Origin: an uncultured virus (IMG/VR IMGVR_UViG_2667527573_000005)
Taxonomy: Duplodnaviria; Heunggongvirae; Uroviricota; Caudoviricetes
Length of the DNA stretch: 20,000 nt
Virus record (IMG/VR): IMGVR_UViG_2667527573_000005
Location: 107,191-127,190 of that record
Direction: 5' to 3' (one strand)
Position numbers and translations under genes: made by a program. How positions within the stretch are numbered: position 1 is the first letter of the stretch; each line of letters opens with the position of its first letter. This document shows positions 11,511 through 17,514 of this stretch, piece by piece. The notes under the pieces are model-generated. The model ran no database searches. It was not told the DNA's origin and worked only from the letters and a program-made list of their open reading frames with translations.

Positions 11511-14066
11511 ATGGGATTTAAATATTACGATAAAAATACCGGTTCCTATGTTCCCATGTCGATTGAATTACTTAAATCAGATGGCGTTTCTTACACTGCA
11601 CCCTCGATTAAGCAGACTTTCGAGGATATCTTAAAACAAGTAAGCAGTGTTTCAAGTAGCGTCACTGAGAAAGTTGATGGGCTATCAAATCAAATTGGGA
11701 ACATAGATGATTTTCATATTACGGGTACAAACCTTGTTGAGAAGATATTAAATGCATTAATTCAGCGTAGAGTTAGCGTTACGGATTTTGGAGCTAAAGG
11801 CGATGGTGTGACTGATGACACTGCAGCCTTTAACAAAGCTTTTGAAATGGGAAATGCAGAAGTATTTGTGCCAGCCGGAACATACATGGTTAAAGGCTTG
11901 AAAGTCCCATCCTACACTAGATTATATGGAACAGGTAAACTCTCAGTTATTAAACTTCATAAAGATGCCCCCGCATACAGCCACGTCATCACAACTGTTC
12001 AAAATTCAAAGTACATTATTTTTGAAAACCTCTTGCTTGACTGGAACCTTCAGAAGACTAACAACAGCATTTCCTCTGGCCCCAACTCAAGTTGCTTAAA
12101 CATTACCAATTCACAATTTGTATGGGTAAATAATGTTCATGCCAAAGATGCAGGATTACACGGGTTTGATGTAACCTCTCCTTCTTATAACTCCCTTACA
12201 GATACAGAAGATGTTTATCAACCAGGTGGAAGTAAATACGTTTGGATTAATAATTGTACAGCAACGAACTTTGGCGACGATGGTTTCACAACCCACTTCT
12301 CAGAGTATGTTTTTATAACAAATTGTTATTCATATGATGGAAACGGATCAGCTCATACATCAGGTGCCAGCAACACAAATGGATTTGAAATTGATGATGG
12401 TTCAATGAAAGTTTGGCTGATCAACTGTGTCAGTAAGAATAACTGCCGAGGATTTGAAGCTAAGGCTCATGAACATGCACCAGCAGCACAGAATGTCACC
12501 TTTTTAAATTGTGTATCTGAAAATGATATTCGAAGTTTTGATTTTAGACACATTGGATTCCATAAAGCTAGTGACCCAGAATCTAAAACTGCAAGAAATA
12601 TTATGGCTTCTAACTGCACAGCAATAAAACCAATTTTCAACGATAGGTTATACGCTGGAATGACACCAAGAGCTTTGGTTATTTCTGCTTACAAAAATGT
12701 TAACATTTCTAATTTCACAGCTATCGGTGACCCTTCTTATGACTATAAAGGTAATCCAGCTATTGCAACTCAATATAAAAGCAGGAACATTACTTTTAAT
12801 AATGTTTCTTCATCTGGATTTAAAACAGCTGGAGCAGATATTTATATTTATGGAGGAAGTCAAAAATCTGACTTTGTGTCCTTATCAAATATAAATGTTC
12901 TTGAATCTGCATTAATTGGCATCAGAATTGGCAGTGCTATTAAGAACGCTAGTGTAAATCAAGCAAGTTTAATTGGTTACAGCAAAGAAGGGTCTATTGG
13001 CTTGTATTGTACAAATTCTCAAGTTGACATTAACGCAGTCAATTGTGATAAATACGCTATCCCCTCGAAGATTGCCGGAAAAGCCTATACATCCTTTGTA
13101 CCAAAAAATATTAAAGGTGGCACAAGGATTGCGACAACTTCTGGCTACGCTGCTAAAAATACTAGTCTTGTAGCTGCTTCTTCTGGTGGTGGACAAGCAA
13201 CGGGTACTGCTTCTGCTGTTATAGCAACAACTGGTGGATCTAAAGCCGATGGCCCTCGTAACGTAGTAATCGCTTCATCTGGCGGTTCTAAAACCACATC
13301 TGAAGGCAGTCGTTCAATGGTTGCCGCTTCAAATAACTCTTCTATTGAAGGCACTGGATCATCTAGGATGGTCATAGCTTCCCAAGGTGTTGCCAATAAA
13401 ACAGGTTACACAGTTGCTTTAGGATATGCTGCTACAGGTGCACCCTCTACAGCAAATACAAAGATTCAATTAGATGCAAAGAATGGGAATATTAATCTTA
13501 CCGGTCAAGTTAAAGGTGCCTCAACTTTCTCAGATTACGCCGAGTATTTCGAATCGATTGATGGTAAAGCCATTCCTTCTGGTTATTTTGTAACTCTAGA
13601 AGGTGACAAAATCAGAAAAGCCAACGCAGGAGATAAAGTTTTAGGAGTGATTTCTGAAACAGCTGGTGTAGTTTTAGGTGAAGCAGCTTTTAACTGGCAA
13701 GGTCGTTATTTAAAGAACGAATTTGGCGGATTGATTTACGAAGATATTGATGTAACAGTTACCAATGAAGACGGTACACAAAGAATCGAAACTAAAACAG
13801 TTCCGAAAGAAAATCCTTATTATGAACCTTCTGAAGATTATATTGCTCGGTCTGATCGGCCTGAATGGAATATCGTAGGAATGTTTGGCCAGATATTTGT
13901 ACGTATTGATGGGACTGTTGCAGCTGGTGATCGTATAATTCCCAAAGCCGGTAAAGGGTCAAAATCTGAGGATGGTTCAGGTTACTACGTAATGCGTATC
14001 ACAACCCCGTATTCACAAGAACGAGGATATGGTGTAGCGCTATGTCTTATCACCCCTACAATCTAA
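11511..14066 (+). CDS. Tail spike/receptor-binding protein: pectate-lyase-like beta-helix plus C-terminal Peptidase_G2 autocleaving chaperone (phi29 gp12/YobO-like), at the yomE position
   Basis: 851 aa, ATG after GGAGG. VSVTDFGAKGDGVTDDTAAF (Pectate_lyase_3 N-terminal motif). Asn/Cys-rich parallel beta-helix repeats. Roughly 15-aa VxASSGG repeats (about 13164-13388). DYAEYFES...GYFVTL...GVISETAG...RPEWNIVGMFGQI is characteristic of the gp12 intramolecular chaperone. Confidence 0.88.
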   Translation: MGFKYYDKNTGSYVPMSIELLKSDGVSYTAPSIKQTFEDILKQVSSVSSSVTEKVDGLSNQIGNIDDFHITGTNLVEKILNALIQRRVSVTDFGAKGDGVTDDTAAFNKAFEMGNAEVFVPAGTYMVKGLKVPSYTRLYGTGKLSVIKLHKDAPAYSHVITTVQNSKYIIFENLLLDWNLQKTNNSISSGPNSSCLNITNSQFVWVNNVHAKDAGLHGFDVTSPSYNSLTDTEDVYQPGGSKYVWINNCTATNFGDDGFTTHFSEYVFITNCYSYDGNGSAHTSGASNTNGFEIDDGSMKVWLINCVSKNNCRGFEAKAHEHAPAAQNVTFLNCVSENDIRSFDFRHIGFHKASDPESKTARNIMASNCTAIKPIFNDRLYAGMTPRALVISAYKNVNISNFTAIGDPSYDYKGNPAIATQYKSRNITFNNVSSSGFKTAGADIYIYGGSQKSDFVSLSNINVLESALIGIRIGSAIKNASVNQASLIGYSKEGSIGLYCTNSQVDINAVNCDKYAIPSKIAGKAYTSFVPKNIKGGTRIATTSGYAAKNTSLVAASSGGGQATGTASAVIATTGGSKADGPRNVVIASSGGSKTTSEGSRSMVAASNNSSIEGTGSSRMVIASQGVANKTGYTVALGYAATGAPSTANTKIQLDAKNGNINLTGQVKGASTFSDYAEYFESIDGKAIPSGYFVTLEGDKIRKANAGDKVLGVISETAGVVLGEAAFNWQGRYLKNEFGGLIYEDIDVTVTNEDGTQRIETKTVPKENPYYEPSEDYIARSDRPEWNIVGMFGQIFVRIDGTVAAGDRIIPKAGKGSKSEDGSGYYVMRITTPYSQERGYGVALCLITPTI

Positions 14067-14100
14067 ATGCATTAAAAATTAAGGAGGTGTTTACGTTCTA

Positions 14101-14120
14101 AATAAAATATAGATTTTATT
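14101..14120. repeat. Perfect 8-4-8 inverted repeat AATAAAAT-ATAG-ATTTTATT, candidate phage protein binding site
   Basis: Seen directly. It lies in the spacer upstream of the lysis module. Confidence 0.55.
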
Positions 14121-14167
14121 CAAAATACATACTTAAAAAACAGAGATAACAAGAGCATATGTAAGAT

Positions 14168-14204
14168 AAAGAGAGATTGGGATTTGTCCCCTTCTCTCTT
14201 TTTT
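14168..14204 (+). terminator. Intrinsic terminator-like hairpin upstream of the endolysin
   Basis: AAAGAGAGA-tt-GGGA, loop tttg, TCCC-ct-TCTCTCTTT, followed by TTT. Confidence 0.65.
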
Positions 14205-14239
14205 GTGCTCAAATTTAATTTTTAGGAGAGATGTTTAAT

Positions 14240-15289
14240 ATGGCTATTAAAGCGAGACAAATGTTAGTATCCCCAGAGAAATATTCAATCAAATGTCCTT
14301 ATGCATTATCCGCTTCATTCATCACTTTTCACAATACATACAACGACGCACCAGCGCAAAATGAAGTAAGTTATATGATCGGCAACAATAATGAAGTTTC
14401 TTTTCACTTTGCTGTAGATGATAAAGAGGTTGTTCAAGGGATTCCTACAAATCGTAATGCATGGCATACAGGTGATGGATCAGGTGTGAATTCAGGAAAC
14501 CGGACTTCTATCGGTATTGAAGTTTGCTACTCTAAATCAGGCGGAGAGCGCTATAGAAAAGCTGAAGCGTTGGCTATTAAATTTATTGCACAACTCCTTA
14601 AAGAACGTGGTTGGGGCGTGGATCGAGTTAAAAAACATCAAGACTGGTCTGGCAAATACTGTCCGCATCGAGTTCTTGATGAAGGACGTTGGAATGCTGT
14701 TAAATCTGCTATTGCTGCTGAATTGAAAGCACTCGGCGGAAATACTTCTTCCTCATCTTCAAAGCCACCAACAAAAGTCGTTAAAACAAATGGTTCTTAT
14801 GTTAAGAACACGGTTATCGCAGACAGTCTTAATGTGAGAACCCAGCGCAATGCAAACTCCTCTATTGTACTTACTCTTCCTAAAGGCTCCACTGTTCAAT
14901 ACCAAAAAGGATCAACTCAAAATGGTTGGGGTTATATCAAATATACAAACTCCAAAGGTGCTACATACAGCGGATATGTAAATGTGAAATACATTAAAAG
15001 TGATGCTGAGATTGGACAATCAGCCCCTAAGCCTAAATCCACTTCTAAGCCTAATAGCAGTGGAATCAAATCTGTAGGCAAGATTAAAGTTGTCGGAGTA
15101 AAAAGCGCTGCTATCGTAATGGACAGACCTGATAAAAACAAAGCGAAGAATCTCGGCACTGTGGATCTGGGCGATACTGTCAGCATTTCTGGATCAGTGA
15201 AAGGGTCAAACAATGCTAAGGGTTACTGGGAAGTTATCTACAAAGGTAAACGTGGATACATCTCAGGACAATTCGGTTCAAAGATTTAA
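14240..15289 (+). CDS. Endolysin: N-acetylmuramoyl-L-alanine amidase (Amidase_2, CwlA-like catalytic domain) with two SH3b-like cell-wall binding domains, at the blyA position
   Basis: Zn-amidase motifs ITFHNT, SFHFAVDD, AWHTGDG, SIGIEVC and KHQDWSGKYCPH. SH3b-like domain (SLNVRTQ...GWGYI...GYVN). C-terminal domain resembles SPbeta BlyA. ATG 14240 is better spaced from SD AGGAG (14224-14228) than ATG 14231. Confidence 0.9.
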   Translation: MAIKARQMLVSPEKYSIKCPYALSASFITFHNTYNDAPAQNEVSYMIGNNNEVSFHFAVDDKEVVQGIPTNRNAWHTGDGSGVNSGNRTSIGIEVCYSKSGGERYRKAEALAIKFIAQLLKERGWGVDRVKKHQDWSGKYCPHRVLDEGRWNAVKSAIAAELKALGGNTSSSSSKPPTKVVKTNGSYVKNTVIADSLNVRTQRNANSSIVLTLPKGSTVQYQKGSTQNGWGYIKYTNSKGATYSGYVNVKYIKSDAEIGQSAPKPKSTSKPNSSGIKSVGKIKVVGVKSAAIVMDRPDKNKAKNLGTVDLGDTVSISGSVKGSNNAKGYWEVIYKGKRGYISGQFGSKI

Positions 15290-15307
15290 TTATATTCAAT
15301 AATCTCG

Positions 15308-15402
15308 GAGGATTTTTGCTGCTCTATTCATATCAGCGAATATCCTCTTAATTTAGGAGGTGATGTAAAGTCACCTTCCTATATTCATTAAAGGTTGGTG
15401 AC
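15308..15402 (+). promoter_or_regulatory. Structured RNA leader with alternative hairpins in front of the XhlA-like gene
   Basis: Hairpin 15308-15321/15334-15347. Segment GTCACCTTCCT (15370-15380) can pair either with upstream AGGAGGTGAT (15355-15364) or with downstream AGGTTGGTGAC (15392-15402), which is the RBS region of the next gene. Confidence 0.5.
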
Positions 15403-15404
15403 AA

Positions 15405-15797
15405 ATGGATAACTTTGAGCAAAGCACCATTTCAAGATTAAGTGCACTAGAAGAAAAAGCAAAACACACTAATAACAAGATTGATTCTCTTGAAGAAAGA
15501 ACAAATGTTATCGGTCGTATAGCTACGCTTGTTGAGCAACAAGTCGAAATTAATAAAGACTCTCAAGCACAATCAAGAGAACAGTTCAGTACTCTTAACG
15601 AAATGAGCAACAGTTTAAAAAATCTAAGCAAATCGTATGAAAAACTGGACAATCGAGTTGAAATATTGGAACGCTCTGATTCTACTCGCAAAATTGATCC
15701 CTCACAATTTACAAAAGACCTTGTATTCAAGGTGCTGCCAAGTGTAATTGCCACTATTATCGGTGCATGGTTGCTCATACATTTTGGCCTTAAATAA
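15405..15797 (+). CDS. XhlA/hemolysin-like lysis accessory protein (coiled coil plus C-terminal transmembrane helix)
   Basis: 130 aa. Heptad-rich N-terminus and a single hydrophobic C-terminal segment (LVFKVLPSVIATIIGAWLLIHF). Sits between the lysin and the holin. Confidence 0.65.
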   Translation: MDNFEQSTISRLSALEEKAKHTNNKIDSLEERTNVIGRIATLVEQQVEINKDSQAQSREQFSTLNEMSNSLKNLSKSYEKLDNRVEILERSDSTRKIDPSQFTKDLVFKVLPSVIATIIGAWLLIHFGLK

Positions 15798-15818
15798 AAA
15801 TGAACAGGAGACGATTAA

Positions 15819-16070
15819 ATGACTAAAATTAACTGGAAAGTAAGATTGAAAAAGAAAACATTTCTTGTCGCAATTTTCTCTGCAACGCTGTTATTCGTAC
15901 AAGCAATTGCCTCTGCTTTTGGATATGACTTGACTGTATTTGGTAACGACTTAACAGAGAAATTTAATGCCCTTCTAACTTTTTTATCAGCAATGGGAAT
16001 TGTGGTTGACCCAACAACTCAAGGTATTTCTGATAGTGAACAAGCAATGGATTATGATTCACCGAGATAA
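15819..16070 (+). CDS. Phage holin, phiLC3 family (Phage_holin_1-like)
   Basis: 83 aa, SD AGGAG. INWKVRLKKK N-terminus, two hydrophobic helices, and the GIVVDPTTQGISDS motif typical of the phiLC3 holin family. Confidence 0.88.
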   Translation: MTKINWKVRLKKKTFLVAIFSATLLFVQAIASAFGYDLTVFGNDLTEKFNALLTFLSAMGIVVDPTTQGISDSEQAMDYDSPR

Positions 16071-16075
16071 ACCCC

Positions 16076-16109
16076 ATACCCTTCTCTTGATTGAGGAGGG
16101 TATTTTTTT
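16076..16109 (+). terminator. Intrinsic terminator ending the lysis operon
   Basis: ATACCCTTCTC (16076-16086), loop ttgatt, GAGGAGGGTAT (16093-16103), then TTTTTT. Confidence 0.85.
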
Positions 16110-16150
16110 CGTTTTTTCAAATGAAAAAATCGCAGAAAACTTTACATCCT

Positions 16151-16180
16151 TTTACATTTTTTCAATGACTATGTTATGAT
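16151..16180 (+). promoter_or_regulatory. Putative sigmaA promoter of rapK
   Basis: -35 TTTACA (16151-16156), 18-bp spacer, extended -10 TG-T-TATGAT (16172-16180). Confidence 0.6.
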
Positions 16181-16223
16181 TGTTTTCGAGAGATTTTTGA
16201 AATTTTCAGAAAGAGGGGTTTAA

Positions 16224-17339
16224 ATGAGTAAGATCGCTTCTGAAGTTGTCGCTACTACACTGAATGACTGGTACATTGCTATAAAAAAACAAAAGGTTGA
16301 TGAATCAATAAAATATTATTCAGAGATAAAAAAACTTTTTGATGAAATGGAAGAAGATCAAGAAGTTCTTGCGTATTATAGTCTATTAGAAGAAAGACAT
16401 AAAATGTTGCTGCATTCTTCACGAGGAGAGCCTTTACAAAAGCACACCTATTTTACTGAAGACAATCAAAACTTCATAAAAAAAACAAATGATAAATTAG
16501 AATACAACTTTTATTTATTTGAAGCAATGTACGAGGCATACAACAAAAACTATGATCGAGCAATTAACCTATATGGATTAGCTGAGAAAAAGCTTGCAGA
16601 AATTCCAGATGAAATTGAAGCAGCTGAATTTTACTCTAAAGTCTCTTACTTATATACTCTTGTTAAACAAAGCATTGTGGCACAACATTATATAAAAAAT
16701 GCAATTTCAATATATAAGCGACACCCTGATTATAAATGCAAACTAGCTACATCAACAATGATTGCAGCTGCAAACTATGCTGATATGAAACGATTTGAGG
16801 AAGCAGAAAAATATTACTTAGAAGCAATTGATATTGCAAAAGAAACAAAAGACGAATTTTTGAAAGCTCAATTACTTCACAATCTTAGCATCGTATATTC
16901 TGATTGGAACAAACCTGATAAATGCATTGAATCTCTTGAAAAAGCAATAGGAAATGAATCTTGGTTACATTCGATTTATTATATAAATTCTTTATTCATG
17001 ATGATTAAAGAACTCTTTAAAATTGACGAAAAAATGAAAGCCATTAATTTTTACAATAAAGCACAGGAAAGACTCATATTAATGGAGAATAAAGTATACG
17101 AAGCCAAAATCAGCATCCTGTATAACCTTTATTGTGGGGAGTTAAAAAATAATTTCAATAATTGTATTAGTAATATTGAGTTTTTAAAACAGCAAAATGA
17201 ACTTGAAAGTGTAGATGAATTGTCCTACATAGCTGCAAAAAGGTTTGAATCAATAGGTGCTTTTGAAGAAGCAACGAGCTTTTTCAATGCGAAAATTTGG
17301 GCTGAACAGAAAATGAATCAGGTGGAGGGAATCTTATGA
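16224..17339 (+). CDS. rapK: Rap-family response regulator aspartate phosphatase/TPR protein RapK
   Basis: 371 aa with Rap N-terminal signature (LNDWY...EEDQEVLAYYSLLEERH) and TPR repeats (EAAEFY, LHNL). Essentially the B. subtilis RapK sequence as recalled. Overlapped by a phr gene. Confidence 0.93.
   Translation: MSKIASEVVATTLNDWYIAIKKQKVDESIKYYSEIKKLFDEMEEDQEVLAYYSLLEERHKMLLHSSRGEPLQKHTYFTEDNQNFIKKTNDKLEYNFYLFEAMYEAYNKNYDRAINLYGLAEKKLAEIPDEIEAAEFYSKVSYLYTLVKQSIVAQHYIKNAISIYKRHPDYKCKLATSTMIAAANYADMKRFEEAEKYYLEAIDIAKETKDEFLKAQLLHNLSIVYSDWNKPDKCIESLEKAIGNESWLHSIYYINSLFMMIKELFKIDEKMKAINFYNKAQERLILMENKVYEAKISILYNLYCGELKNNFNNCISNIEFLKQQNELESVDELSYIAAKRFESIGAFEEATSFFNAKIWAEQKMNQVEGIL
17063..17090 (+). 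promoter_or_regulatory. Internal sigmaH promoter for phrK
   Basis: ACAGGAAAG-N12-GGAGAAT closely fits the sigmaH consensus RNAGGAWWW-N11-12-RNNGAAT. It lies inside the 3' part of the rap gene, as is established for phr genes. Confidence 0.75.
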
Positions 17340-17458
17340 AAAAACTTGTGCTTTGCGTATCTATTTTAGCTGTGATTTTAAGTGGAGTAGCTTTAACGCA
17401 ATTGAGTACAGATTCACCATCTAACATCCAGGTAGCTGAAAGGCCTGTCGGAGGTTAA
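17336..17458 (+). CDS. phrK: Phr signalling peptide precursor PhrK (40 aa), mature peptide around ERPVG(G)
   Basis: ATG overlaps the rapK stop (ATGA), SD GGAGG upstream. MKKLVLCVSILAVILSGVALTQLSTDSPSNIQVAERPVGG has a signal peptide plus C-terminal ERPVGG. Too short for the ORF track. Confidence 0.93.
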   Translation: MKKLVLCVSILAVILSGVALTQLSTDSPSNIQVAERPVGG

Positions 17459-17479
17459 AAAAGGTTGATTAATTTATTT

Positions 17480-17514
17480 AGCCCTACTCAAACATTTGAG
17501 TGGGCTTTTATTTT
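17480..17514. terminator. Terminator between convergent phrK and uvrX, probably bidirectional
   Basis: AGCCC(T)ACTCAAA, short loop, TTTGAGTGGGCT (17480-17506), followed by TTTATTTT on the + strand. Confidence 0.75.

Noticed and set aside
11466..11513. yomF and the spike gene are in the same frame, suggesting a read-through fusion
   Set aside because: Two in-frame TAG codons (11466-11468 and 11508-11510) separate them, and the spike has its own GGAGG SD.
13164..13388. Repeats in the spike gene as a possible VNTR or diversity-generating target
   Set aside because: The repeats are degenerate at DNA level and reflect protein beta-structure. No reverse transcriptase or template repeat is in the window.
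8704..15778. Nested ORFs inside yomG, yomF, the spike, the lysin and the xhlA-like gene
   Set aside because: Shadow ORFs without family motifs or convincing RBS. No evidence for an embedded spanin-like gene, which is not expected in a Gram-positive host.
16224..17458. Arbitrium (aimR-aimP) system
   Set aside because: The receptor has the Rap N-terminal helical bundle rather than an HTH, the peptide is the PhrK type, and no aimX-like arrangement follows.
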